Assembly (NCBI GenBank): GCA_964547225.1
Contig: CAZJMV010000052.1
Span: 143 to 64,142 of the forward strand
Source: an uncultured Anaerolineaceae bacterium
Lineage (GTDB): Bacteria; Chloroflexota; Anaerolineae; Anaerolineales; UBA4823
Direction: 5' to 3'
Length of the DNA stretch: 64,000 bases
Part shown: one piece after another, positions 1 to 9,288 of the stretch
Layout: each line of letters starts with the position of its first letter
How positions within the stretch are numbered: the stretch's first letter is position 1
Made by a program: the position numbers and the translations under genes
The notes under the pieces: generated by a model
The model's input: only the letters and a program-made list of their open reading frames with translations
What the model was told of the DNA's origin: nothing
The model's database searches: none

Positions 1-1
1 C

Positions 2-385
2 TTCCTGTATGCGCCTGGGACGATTGTGCATGCTCATAATCTTTTTTTACAAATTGCTGTCGATTTGGGTATATTAGGGTTAATTTCTTGGTTATCAGTT
101 AACTTTGGTATGTTTGTAGTAGCTTGTAAATTGTTTAAATATAGAGGTGCATCAAGTATAAACATGATAAAAGGGATAGGGGCTGGAATGATCTGCAGTT
201 TGGTAGCGTTGCTTGAGCATGGATTCTTTGATGCGGTCACTTGGGGGATGGTGCGACCAGCGCCGATCGTGTGGGTGATCTGGGGAACTTGTGTCGCTGC
301 GTGGTATGTTTATATTGATCAAGATCGGCTTGATTCCAATAATGCTGATCCAATGCTATTGCAAGAAAATCCATTGAACCAATAA
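2..385 (+). CDS. O-antigen ligase (Wzy_C) family membrane protein, 5'-partial
   Basis: HAHNLFLQIAVDLGILGL motif typical of Wzy_C/WaaL proteins, followed by TM helices; the frame is open to the window edge. Confidence 0.75.
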   Translation, partial: FLYAPGTIVHAHNLFLQIAVDLGILGLISWLSVNFGMFVVACKLFKYRGASSINMIKGIGAGMICSLVALLEHGFFDAVTWGMVRPAPIVWVIWGTCVAAWYVYIDQDRLDSNNADPMLLQENPLNQ

Positions 386-416
386 TCGGACAATTTATTC
401 AACGTCTATAACTTAT

Positions 417-447
417 AAAAAGACATCCCAAAGCGGATGTCTTTTTT
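417..447. terminator. Intrinsic terminator
   Basis: AAAA-AGACATCC-caaagc-GGATGTCT-TTTTT hairpin just after the first CDS. Confidence 0.8.
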
Positions 448-601
448 CTTTTAAGGGTTGAAGATAAACAGCGTTTATTTTTCGATAATACCTTCCAGAA
501 ACCATTCTCATACCAATTGACGAATTTTTCACTGAAAGGTAGAATAAATATTACTAAAGAATAAGAATTCCAAAAATTACCTTATCAGGAGATACTACAG
601 A

Positions 602-1534
602 ATGGATTTGGATCGGCTTAGGGTCTTCGTTGATGCCGCGCAAACACTCAGCTTCTCAAAGACTGCCCAAATGCTACATGTCTCTCAACCAACAGTGAGC
701 AAGTACATTCGAGACCTTGAAAAAAGCCTTGGTGTGCGTCTGTTTGAGCGATCTGGCGCTGGATTGCGGATTACCGAAGCTGGGCGGGCATTGCTGCCAG
801 CTGCGAATCATCTGTTAATGGAGTGTAATAAATTTCAAGATCTGGCGAAATCGTTAGAAAGTGATGTCAGCGGACGTATCCGAATCGCCTGTACAACAGC
901 CTCTGGTAAATACATCCTGCCTCAACTAGCTGCTCGTTTTCGTAACTTACATCCCTTGGTACAGATCAGTATCTTATCCTGCACCCAAGAAGGCGCTATT
1001 GAGCGTATGCTGGAAGAAGACGCCGATCTAGGCGTTGTCAGCTATGAAGTTGTTTCCGATCGTTTAGAAAGTCAATTTTTCTTTACTGATCATATTATTT
1101 TGATCGTATCAGCAAACCATCCATGGGCTGATCGGGAGTATATCGAACTCTCAGAAATATTGGAAGAACCGTTACTAATGCGGGAATCAACATCAGGGAC
1201 AAGAAGAGCTCTGTTAACTGAATTAGCTTGTTATGATATCAAACTAGATGATTTGAAAGTGATACTAGAAGTGGGCAATGCTGAAGCAATTGTATCTGCG
1301 GTAAGCGCTGGGATAGGTATTTCGTTCGTTTCTAGAATGTCTGCACTTCCATTTTTGGATGAAAATATTGTCGTAGACATTCCTATACAGGGGGTATCGC
1401 TGGAACGAAGAATATTTATAATGAGACGTTCTATTGATACACCTAATCGCGCCAGGGATGTTTTTTGGGGATTTGTTCATGATCCGATTAATGAGGATCT
1501 ATATCAAAAAACGCATTATCAATCAAAGGAATAA
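602..1534 (+). CDS. LysR-family transcriptional regulator (CysL-like)
   Basis: N-terminal HTH (LSFSKTAQMLHVSQPTVSKYIRDLE) plus substrate-binding domain with MRESTSGTR; adjacent to a sulfur operon. Confidence 0.9.
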   Translation: MDLDRLRVFVDAAQTLSFSKTAQMLHVSQPTVSKYIRDLEKSLGVRLFERSGAGLRITEAGRALLPAANHLLMECNKFQDLAKSLESDVSGRIRIACTTASGKYILPQLAARFRNLHPLVQISILSCTQEGAIERMLEEDADLGVVSYEVVSDRLESQFFFTDHIILIVSANHPWADREYIELSEILEEPLLMRESTSGTRRALLTELACYDIKLDDLKVILEVGNAEAIVSAVSAGIGISFVSRMSALPFLDENIVVDIPIQGVSLERRIFIMRRSIDTPNRARDVFWGFVHDPINEDLYQKTHYQSKE

Positions 1535-1535
1535 A

Positions 1536-1573
1536 AAAAGACAGGTTGTCGATATTAAGGCAACCTGTCTTTT
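1536..1573. terminator. Bidirectional intrinsic terminator
   Basis: AAAAGACAGGTTGTC...GGCAACCTGTCTTTT inverted repeat between the convergent lysR and yeeE genes. Confidence 0.85.
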
Positions 1574-1618
1574 GATAGTTAGATCGCAAACACAAAAAAC
1601 TAAGTAATTACTTCCTAA

Positions 1619-2650
1619 TTACGCCTTGCCTGTACGGATGAAGAACACGTAGACCGCGACCCAAGCGCCAAGGATGATAGAAATTCCAGCAACGATTGAA
1701 CCAATTGAAAGCATTGGAACACCGCTTAGGATATGCCCGACATTGCATCCAGTCGAAGTTGAGGCGCCAAAACCCATCAGCATACCGCCAATGAAGGTTT
1801 GGATCAGTACACCAGGCGCTGGAGCGCGAAGCTTGAACTCTTTGGCAATCAAAGCTGCTACAGCCGCGCCAATCACGACACCAATGATAAGCATGGCATC
1901 CCATTTAATCGTAACGGTATCAGATATGATCGATTTGAGGATTGCTGCCCAACCAGAAGAAATACCCAGAGGATAATTGCGTCCTGTAGCTGCTGAAAGT
2001 GGATAAGAAATTACTCCAATTAAACCGATCACTACACCTGCTAAAACCCAACTCCAACCGCGTTTAAAAATCTTGTCGCCGAGGGAAACTTTGCCAGTAT
2101 CAAAACTTTCTTCGGGATTTCGCATAGCGAAATATATCCACACTGCAGCAATTAAAATCGACAATACTAACATCGTAATTTCCAATGGTAGTCCCAAAAC
2201 ATTTGCAACGGTCAGGCTTTTTCCATCCGCTGTCATGATCTTTGAGCCTTCCTGCAATCCTTTCGCGATGGGGCTAAGTAAACCGCCACCCGTCGATATT
2301 AAGATTATCGAAAAACCAAGCACTGCTGACATCGCCCCCACCATACCCTCGCCTGTTCGGTATGTGATACCGCTCGCACAACCACCTGCGATCACCATAC
2401 CAATACCAAATACAAAACTACCGATAATATTGGCGCCTAACAACAGTGGCTTGGGGCTAAGCGTAATAATGCCGGTCATCCCCATAATGGCAAATCCAAA
2501 CATCTGCACGAGGATTGCAGTGGCGACTGCTTTAAAAACGGTGTAATCTTTCATCAGCAGAATATCGCGAAATGCTGAGTTCATACAGAAGCGACCGCGC
2601 TGTAATGCGAAGCCGAATAACAAACCAACTAAAAGTCCAGTCCAAATCAT
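1619..2650 (-). CDS. yeeE: YeeE/YedE (TsuA-like) sulfur-compound/thiosulfate transporter
   Basis: LQRGRFCMNSAFRD, GMVIAGGCASG and GCNVGHILSG Cys motifs in a polytopic membrane protein. Confidence 0.9.
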   Translation of the reverse strand: MIWTGLLVGLLFGFALQRGRFCMNSAFRDILLMKDYTVFKAVATAILVQMFGFAIMGMTGIITLSPKPLLLGANIIGSFVFGIGMVIAGGCASGITYRTGEGMVGAMSAVLGFSIILISTGGGLLSPIAKGLQEGSKIMTADGKSLTVANVLGLPLEITMLVLSILIAAVWIYFAMRNPEESFDTGKVSLGDKIFKRGWSWVLAGVVIGLIGVISYPLSAATGRNYPLGISSGWAAILKSIISDTVTIKWDAMLIIGVVIGAAVAALIAKEFKLRAPAPGVLIQTFIGGMLMGFGASTSTGCNVGHILSGVPMLSIGSIVAGISIILGAWVAVYVFFIRTGKA

Positions 2651-2698
2651 TTTTATTTCTCCTCAGATATTTATATATAGAATTTATTTGCCTTGGAC

Positions 2699-2947
2699 TT
2701 ATTTGAGACCAAAGGCTTCAATTAAAATACGGTGATTAGGGCCTTCAACTTGTTCAACTGCTAGAACTTTATGCCCGTGCTTTTTTGCGCCACGGGGAAT
2801 GCGTTCCACTGACATAGGATAATCTACTAATACTTCCAAGATTTCTCCCTTTTGCATTTGCTTAAGTGTTGTCATTGTATTGACATCGGGGTAAGGACAA
2901 ATCTCTCCACGAACATCTAACGTTTTAGTTACTTCTACATTCTCCAT
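2699..2947 (-). CDS. tusA: TusA/SirA-family sulfur carrier (YeeD/TsuB-like)
   Basis: LDVRGEICPYP motif, 82 aa, adjacent to yeeE. Confidence 0.9.
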   Translation of the reverse strand: MENVEVTKTLDVRGEICPYPDVNTMTTLKQMQKGEILEVLVDYPMSVERIPRGAKKHGHKVLAVEQVEGPNHRILIEAFGLK

Positions 2948-2994
2948 TGTTTCACTCCTTTAAATTGATAATACCATTTTGTGTTTTTGATCTA

Positions 2995-3027
2995 GACCTC
3001 TGAGGTAAGAGACATAACTCAGAGGTC
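2995..3027. repeat. Intra-operon inverted repeat
   Basis: GACCTCTGAG-13 nt-CTCAGAGGTC, a perfect 10-bp stem. Confidence 0.7.
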
Positions 3028-3048
3028 GTATAGATATTTATAACTAGT

Positions 3049-3453
3049 CTAGTAACAGTAAACTGCTTTTGCACCATCGGCTTCCAACAGGAAGGATGAC
3101 GCCATCATCACTTCGACTTCGTCTAGTAGATCTTCTTCTTTTATCCCCTTGTTTGGCAAACCGAGTTCGCATAAAATTATTCTTCCATCAAGGATTGTGA
3201 TTGACTCATAAAGCTTGACAGGATCGGGTAATCCTTGAATGTCACGATATTTTTCCAATTCGCCTTTTACCAAGACCTTAGCAGCTCCTGGCTGGAAGAA
3301 CATGAGTACTTGCTCACCTATAGCAGCGCCAGCGGCAGCCATGACAATCGCTGCCATAACGCTGTCGGGGTCGGAATGGTTTAACATTATAACCATTTTG
3401 CTTTCTTCTTCCTCATATTCAAATTCTTCGTTGACTTCGAATTCTTCGCTCAT
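3049..3453 (-). CDS. DsrE/DsrF/DrsH-like sulfur relay protein
   Basis: AIVMAAAGAAIGEQVLMFF...RIILCELGL...SFLLEA DsrE-type pattern; acidic N-terminal extension. Confidence 0.8.
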   Translation of the reverse strand: MSEEFEVNEEFEYEEEESKMVIMLNHSDPDSVMAAIVMAAAGAAIGEQVLMFFQPGAAKVLVKGELEKYRDIQGLPDPVKLYESITILDGRIILCELGLPNKGIKEEDLLDEVEVMMASSFLLEADGAKAVYCY

Positions 3454-3473
3454 CCTTCCTCTCCTTTGCTAAA

Positions 3474-3836
3474 TTAAAATGTAAAGGTCATCGTCGCGCC
3501 TTCAGCATCCATCAAGAAAGGCGGCAACTTTTCAATGACGATTCGTTCATCACGCATGTCCTTCGGGTCGATATCCTTGTTCTCCAACCCTAGTTCACAA
3601 AATGTTACTTTATTTCCAAGATCGATGATTGTGTTGAAAAGTTCTACTGGGTTAGGCAAACCTTTTGGCGTACCTAACTTTTCCAATTCGCCTTTCAAAG
3701 CCCATTTTGCTCCAGCCGGACAAAAAAAGAAATAGACTTCATAATCCAAGGCTAAGCCAGACGAAGCAAAAATCAAAGCGGGCATGATATTCTTGGATTC
3801 ATCTCCATTGCATACAACGACCATTTTTTCAGACAT
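3474..3836 (-). CDS. DsrE/DsrF/DrsH-like sulfur relay protein (paralog of the neighbouring gene)
   Basis: ALIFASSGLALDYEVYFFFCPAG...TFCELGL; shares KGELEK, GLP.PV.L and CELGL blocks with 3049..3453. Confidence 0.8.
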   Translation of the reverse strand: MSEKMVVVCNGDESKNIMPALIFASSGLALDYEVYFFFCPAGAKWALKGELEKLGTPKGLPNPVELFNTIIDLGNKVTFCELGLENKDIDPKDMRDERIVIEKLPPFLMDAEGATMTFTF

Positions 3837-3872
3837 GGATATCTCCTTCGATAATAAGATAAGATTAGTTTG

Positions 3873-3899
3873 GGATCAGAACTTTTCAAGTTCTGATCC
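3873..3899. repeat. Intra-operon inverted repeat
   Basis: GGATCAGAACTT-ttc-AAGTTCTGATCC, a perfect 12-bp stem. Confidence 0.75.
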
Positions 3900-3923
3900 T
3901 GTGTAAATATTGTTAGATTTTGA

Positions 3924-4382
3924 TCAATCAATCAGGCTCATAACCTGAACACATTTCCTGATCAATCGATCCCCAATAACTTGAGCTAATTTCTGCATAA
4001 AAAAGTAACCAAAGATTGGGTTATCATCAAACAGATTGCGGATTTTTTCTCCATCAAAAGCGATCAGACGTGATTTCTGATTGGCATATGCTCCGAATTT
4101 ATATATATGTGGAGCAACGATCGATGACCATCCGATAACTTCACCTTTACCCAACGGTTCTAATTCCTCAAGGGATTTCTGATCTATCTTTGGGGAATTC
4201 ATGGTAAGGACAACTGCACCATCTAAGATTAGGTAAAAGCGTTTTGCTATTTCGCCTTCAAAAAAAAGCTGATAACCAGATTCAACTTCTTCCTCATTTG
4301 CCAACATGGCAAATTGAGCTAACATGTTCGCATCTTGATCAGCAAATAAAGGGTAAAAACGTAAAGTCTCAGGTGAAATCAT
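3924..4382 (-). CDS. Stand-alone cyclic-nucleotide-binding (Crp-like) domain protein
   Basis: LFFEGEIAKRFYLILDGAV...GEVIGWSS cNMP fold with no C-terminal HTH; start moved to the ATG after GGAGG. Confidence 0.8.
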   Translation of the reverse strand: MISPETLRFYPLFADQDANMLAQFAMLANEEEVESGYQLFFEGEIAKRFYLILDGAVVLTMNSPKIDQKSLEELEPLGKGEVIGWSSIVAPHIYKFGAYANQKSRLIAFDGEKIRNLFDDNPIFGYFFMQKLAQVIGDRLIRKCVQVMSLID

Positions 4383-4417
4383 GGTTTCCTCCAATTCGAA
4401 TCACGCACTTAGTGCGA

Positions 4418-5581
4418 CTAATCTGATCCAACTGGCACTAACGCCTCCTTTGATAGGCTTTCCTGCATAGCTTTATCCTTGATTGCTTGGAAATAAATTG
4501 CAAAAGGTCGATAAGCCAGATGGGACCATTTTCCAAAAGGAACTTCTAACACCAACATTGGAGTAAGGATGATAAGGTGAGCTGCGTAAGTATAGTATGT
4601 TGGTAAAGGCATTTCAAGATAACGAAATGTGTGTACCAAAATTCCGCTAGCCGTGGTCAAAAGCAATAAGATCGGGAAGATCCAGTCGCTCAAGTGAGAA
4701 AAACGGTGGATTTGATTTGCTTTTTTAATCCTACCCCACAGGATATCTGCACTACCATATAAAAGTACAATAGTGGCATAATACCCCAACCAACGTTGTG
4801 GATGATAAAGTGGATAGATATTGTCCGTTTGGAACCATGGTAAAAAGCCAACAACCAATGCGAACATCAATACATATCCTGTCACGATAAAGAAGTGGTT
4901 TCGCCAACGGACTTTACTGAAGAAACCCTGCTTATCTTCCTCGCATTTTTCAAAACGCTTTTGAGTAACAAAATGGTAGATCAAATTCCATGCTTCTGTA
5001 ATGAAGAGCTTTGGATTGATGGGAATTTCTGTACCCTTGCGCAGGATAAAAACGTACATCCTATATATATTTGACAATAGGAAGAAAGAAAGGAATGCTG
5101 CCAAAACCCAATCCCCATAATGGATTCTCTCAACAGGAGCAAAGGTGTTTAATTCCACACGACTTGTCACCATTGGGCCAGCGAATAATCCAAACATTAG
5201 TAATATAAAGAGCCCTACTACTACAATTGAGCCAATTTCCCAGACAGGTGATGTGTAGAATTTCCGTGCTAGACCAGTCCAGTCATATTCAGCGGTAAGC
5301 CAACGTCGAATTGCCATCATAGTTTCAGCTGGCTCAGCTTCTTTAGGACAAGTATCCGAACAGTCGCCACAGTAATAACACTGCCATGCGTCTGTAGATT
5401 CTAGCATGCGATTCTTTAACCCCATTTGTGTAAATCTGACCATGTTACGAGGAAAGGGATGTTCATCACTGGCAAGCGGACAAATGGCTGTGCAGTTTCC
5501 ACAGTTAAAACATTTTTCTAATCCTACAGCGCCATAGTCTTTTAATTCTTGCAACAATTGAGGATCTATTCTAGTTGCCAT
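4418..5581 (-). CDS. QmoC-like membrane subunit (HdrC-type 2x[4Fe-4S] domain plus cytochrome-b-like TM domain)
   Basis: CFNCGNCTAICP and CYYCGDCSDTCP, several TM helices, His-containing segments, PFGKWSHLAYRP. Confidence 0.85.
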   Translation of the reverse strand: MATRIDPQLLQELKDYGAVGLEKCFNCGNCTAICPLASDEHPFPRNMVRFTQMGLKNRMLESTDAWQCYYCGDCSDTCPKEAEPAETMMAIRRWLTAEYDWTGLARKFYTSPVWEIGSIVVVGLFILLMFGLFAGPMVTSRVELNTFAPVERIHYGDWVLAAFLSFFLLSNIYRMYVFILRKGTEIPINPKLFITEAWNLIYHFVTQKRFEKCEEDKQGFFSKVRWRNHFFIVTGYVLMFALVVGFLPWFQTDNIYPLYHPQRWLGYYATIVLLYGSADILWGRIKKANQIHRFSHLSDWIFPILLLLTTASGILVHTFRYLEMPLPTYYTYAAHLIILTPMLVLEVPFGKWSHLAYRPFAIYFQAIKDKAMQESLSKEALVPVGSD

Positions 5582-5583
5582 AA

Positions 5584-5880
5584 TTAATTTTCCTCAACTT
5601 TTTCATAAAGCGGATAATCTCCGCACATTCCGGATTCAATTAGAATTCCATATTTCTTATAAGAAGATACATACCACAATACTTCGTGAGTTGGCATATC
5701 TACTTCTGCCGCAATTTCTGGAACGGTTTTAGGTCTTTCGCGAAGTACTTTGCATATAGATTGTTGAATGCGTTTTTGTTCTTTCAACAATTCTTGAGTG
5801 CGCTCGAATGTTTCTTTATGTTCTTCACGCAAGCGCTTAAGCAATTCAGTACGAGCGCGAGCGGCTTCTTTTTTATCCAT
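5584..5880 (-). CDS. Small winged-helix protein embedded in the Hdr/Qmo operon
   Basis: PKTVPEIAAEVDMPTHEVLWYV HTH-like segment; tightly coupled to flanking genes. Confidence 0.7.
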   Translation of the reverse strand: MDKKEAARARTELLKRLREEHKETFERTQELLKEQKRIQQSICKVLRERPKTVPEIAAEVDMPTHEVLWYVSSYKKYGILIESGMCGDYPLYEKVEEN

Positions 5881-7949
5881 TATTTCACCTCCATTGGAAT
5901 TAATTCATCCATAGCGATGGCGTCTACCATTGCCTCGTACTGTGACAATGTCCAACCTTGAATATCTATTGCCCTCGTTGGGCAGGCGCTTACGCAAGCC
6001 CCACAGCCAACACAATTCGCAGGAGACACTACAGCTCGACGTACCTCTTTGCCATTTTGCTTAAACGTTTGCATTGCGATTGCGCCATCATATTCGCATA
6101 CTTCCACGCAGACACCATTACCCTCGCATTTACTTTCGTCCACCTTTGCTACATAAGGAGGTAATTCAACGTATCCTTTACCAAGCAAGGCATTGACTTT
6201 AGCTGCCGCTGCCGAAGCAGCCGAAACGGCTTCTTGTACATTCATTGGTCCTTGAGCTGTTCCAGCTAGGATTACGCCATTGATAGAGGTTTCTACGGGG
6301 CGCAGCTTTGGATGTACTTCCAGCAAAAATCGGTCCTTGCCTCGTGATAGTTTTAACATATTAACCAGATCGTCAACTTGACGCGGCATCATCCCAACTG
6401 CTAAAACAACGAGATCAACGTATGCTTCTAATTCCTCGCCATAGGTTAAGTAGTCATTTACAATTACTTTTGCTGCATGGTTGTCGTTATCTGATATTGC
6501 TTCAACCTGTGGTAATTCTTCACCATGGTATAGGAGAAACCTGATCCCATTTGCTTGTGCTTTACGGTAATATTCCTCATGTCCATGTCCATATGTACGA
6601 ATATCTTGGTAAAGATTGTATATATTTAGACTAGGGAACCGATTTATGAGCTCGTTTGCCATATGTAGATTAGCTGTGCAACAAACTCGCGAGCAGTAAT
6701 CGTTTACGTTTCCATCAGATTGTGGTTCAGAAATGCCTTCAATTTGACGACTTCCAACACAATGGATTAATGCCACATCTCGAACGGCATGTCCATTCCA
6801 ACGAAGTTCCTTATCGTCAGGATGCAATGCGAGGTAGCGTATTAATTGTGGAAGTGTAATGACCTCTGGAATCACTTCATAACCATATTCGCCTTCGTGG
6901 GGTTGATAAGGGTCAAAACCTGTTGCTATTACGATCGCGCCAATATCTAAATCGATGACTTCTTGATGATCTTCTAAAACAACTTCTTTACCGTTCATCC
7001 TTAAAGGAGCGCCGTTATAGTTAGCCCAGTCTACGGCTGGAAGATCAGGGAAACAACCTGGATAAGCTTTGTAGATTACTTTACGATTGGTCAAGCCATA
7101 ATTGAATTCATCTGGTATTTCCTGTTGGCAGGCGTTCATAAGAGCGTCTGCTACTTTGGGATCGACACCGCGAGAATGTTGGTTTATGGTGATCTGATAA
7201 TTGCCAACATAGCCTGAGACACCTGTTACTTCAGCATAAGTCAGCAATGTGATATTTGGGTGTTCTGTGACCTGATCAATTAATCGATTAACTAAAGGTA
7301 GAGCGGCTTCATCCGTGGGAAATAAGGTGTCTAATTGCGCTACTCGACCGCCAAGAAATGGTGATTTTTCAACCAGTGTTACTTTTATACCTTGTCGAGC
7401 GATTTCCAAGGAAGCACGCATCCCTGCCACTCCGCCGCCAATTACCAGGGCATGTTTTCTAGCATTTAGGCGAATATTTTCAAGGGGTTGTAGTAACCGT
7501 GCCTTCGCTACACCCGCTGCCATTAGGCGAATCGCTTTTTCAGTTGCACCTTCTTTATCAGTATGATGAACCCATGAGTCTTGCTCGCGGATACCCATAT
7601 GCTGATAATAATATGGATTTAATCCTGCTCGCATGACGGTTCCGCGAAAGGTCTGCTCATGTAGAGAAGGAGCGCAAGCGCCAATTACGACACGATTGAT
7701 TCCTAACTCGCGGATATCTTGTTCGATCATGGATTGCCCTGCATCTGAACACATGGACATATCCGTGCGTGAGACCGTAACATTGGGCAATTTGGATAGT
7801 ACTTTAGCAACACGCTCGCATTCCACTACATTGCTGATATTCCCACCGCAATAACAGGTATAAACACCGACGCGCGGTGTTTCATCAGACGTTTGTGGTT
7901 GATTGCCGGCATCCTGTTGCTCGGGGGAGGTCTCATTTATTTCAGGCAT
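5880..7949 (-). CDS. hdrA: HdrA/QmoB-like flavoprotein iron-sulfur subunit
   Basis: RVGVYTCYCGGNI, ACAPSLHE, IGGGVAG FAD motif, HCVGSR...CSRVCC, C-terminal ferredoxin motifs; start set at MPEINE (GAGGTGG RBS). Confidence 0.9.
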   Translation of the reverse strand: MPEINETSPEQQDAGNQPQTSDETPRVGVYTCYCGGNISNVVECERVAKVLSKLPNVTVSRTDMSMCSDAGQSMIEQDIRELGINRVVIGACAPSLHEQTFRGTVMRAGLNPYYYQHMGIREQDSWVHHTDKEGATEKAIRLMAAGVAKARLLQPLENIRLNARKHALVIGGGVAGMRASLEIARQGIKVTLVEKSPFLGGRVAQLDTLFPTDEAALPLVNRLIDQVTEHPNITLLTYAEVTGVSGYVGNYQITINQHSRGVDPKVADALMNACQQEIPDEFNYGLTNRKVIYKAYPGCFPDLPAVDWANYNGAPLRMNGKEVVLEDHQEVIDLDIGAIVIATGFDPYQPHEGEYGYEVIPEVITLPQLIRYLALHPDDKELRWNGHAVRDVALIHCVGSRQIEGISEPQSDGNVNDYCSRVCCTANLHMANELINRFPSLNIYNLYQDIRTYGHGHEEYYRKAQANGIRFLLYHGEELPQVEAISDNDNHAAKVIVNDYLTYGEELEAYVDLVVLAVGMMPRQVDDLVNMLKLSRGKDRFLLEVHPKLRPVETSINGVILAGTAQGPMNVQEAVSAASAAAAKVNALLGKGYVELPPYVAKVDESKCEGNGVCVEVCEYDGAIAMQTFKQNGKEVRRAVVSPANCVGCGACVSACPTRAIDIQGWTLSQYEAMVDAIAMDELIPMEVK

Positions 7950-9270
7950 ATGCCACCTCTTTTTCTTCTGATTTTTTGGGAATTCCATCTCCATTTTTAT
8001 GCTCACGGATATAGGCTGAAGCGGATACTGCGGCTGCTCCAGCTGTAACAATACTGTCGACGATATCCATTGGTTGCATAGCTGTTCCTGTTACAAAGAT
8101 ACCGGGACGATCCGTCATACAGGGTTCACTATTAGGTGATGGTACTGCCACAAATTTGTCGGAACCGAGTGAAACCTCATATGTTTCTTGGGGATTGTAG
8201 GCAGGAACCAAACCAAGTGAAAGAACAACTAGATCATGAGTACGCTCGACTACTTCGCCAGTTTCTGTCATCTCTACCCTTAATACCGGATTTTGTTCCT
8301 CATCTTCACTAATCTTAGCTACTTTACCACGCACAAATTCGACTCCCATTGATTTAGCGTTTTGATAAAATTGCTCATATCCTTTTCCAAATGTACGGAT
8401 ATCCATATAATAAATGGTTATATCCGCAAGGGGTAAAGCGCCGTTAAGCAGCATTGCTTGTTTGATTGCATACATGCAGCACACACGCGAACAATACTCG
8501 ATGCCTAAGGTGTCATCTCGTGAGCCAGCGCATTGAATATAGGCAATTGATCCAGGTTCTTTTCCATCGCCTGGGCGAAGCACACGACCGTAGGGTCCTG
8601 TAGGCGCCAGGAACCTTTCCATCATCATTGGGTCGATCACATTCTTGATCTTTCCGTATCCGTATTGAGGTTTGGCATAAGGATCGGTTACTTCGAACCC
8701 AGTTGCTAAAACTATGGCTTCAGCATGTATATTAAAATAAGATGGTTGTTGTGTGAAATCAATTGCATTGACCGGACAAATTTTTTCACACTTTCCACAA
8801 AGGATACAATTATCGATATCCAAAACCGCTTTTTGTGGAACTGCTGTTGAAAAGGGAACACGGACAGCGCGATATGTGCCAAGGTCCCGGTCAAAATGAC
8901 TTGGGACTGTAATGGGACATTCAAATTCACATTGTCGACAGCCAGTACAACTTTTTTCGTCTACATAACGCGGCTTTTGTAAAACTTCGATTAAATAGCC
9001 ACTATTGTTTTCTTTTACCGATTGAACTTCGCAATAGGTAAATAATTCGATATTTGGGTGATGCGCAACCGCAGACATTTTTGGGGTAGTGATACAACTA
9101 CAGCAATCTAATGTGGGAAATACCTTGCTTAGCATGATCATATTTCCACCAATGCTTGGTTCGCGTTCCACCAGAACAACTTTATTACCTTGATCAGCCA
9201 AATCGAGTGCGGCTTGCATTCCGGCAATTCCACCGCCTACTACTACTGCATCTACTTTTATTTCATCCAT
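7942..9270 (-). CDS. hdrA: HdrA/QmoA-like flavoprotein iron-sulfur subunit
   Basis: VVGGGIAG, KVFPTLDCCSCI, two CxxCxxCxxxCP motifs, QCAGSRD...CSRVCCMY. Confidence 0.9.
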   Translation of the reverse strand: MDEIKVDAVVVGGGIAGMQAALDLADQGNKVVLVEREPSIGGNMIMLSKVFPTLDCCSCITTPKMSAVAHHPNIELFTYCEVQSVKENNSGYLIEVLQKPRYVDEKSCTGCRQCEFECPITVPSHFDRDLGTYRAVRVPFSTAVPQKAVLDIDNCILCGKCEKICPVNAIDFTQQPSYFNIHAEAIVLATGFEVTDPYAKPQYGYGKIKNVIDPMMMERFLAPTGPYGRVLRPGDGKEPGSIAYIQCAGSRDDTLGIEYCSRVCCMYAIKQAMLLNGALPLADITIYYMDIRTFGKGYEQFYQNAKSMGVEFVRGKVAKISEDEEQNPVLRVEMTETGEVVERTHDLVVLSLGLVPAYNPQETYEVSLGSDKFVAVPSPNSEPCMTDRPGIFVTGTAMQPMDIVDSIVTAGAAAVSASAYIREHKNGDGIPKKSEEKEVAYA

Positions 9271-9288
9271 TTTTTCCTCCGCATCGTA

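Noticed and set aside
1608-2546. Short overlapping or antisense ORFs here and throughout (e.g. 40760..41239, 26135..26485, 58335..58649)
   Set aside because: They are shadow frames of well-supported genes with no recognisable motifs.
7950-8051. N-terminal extensions in the ORF track (also 28587-28643, 32242-32352, 23277-23324)
   Set aside because: They overlap neighbouring genes or lack an RBS; downstream starts have better RBSs or match paralog length.
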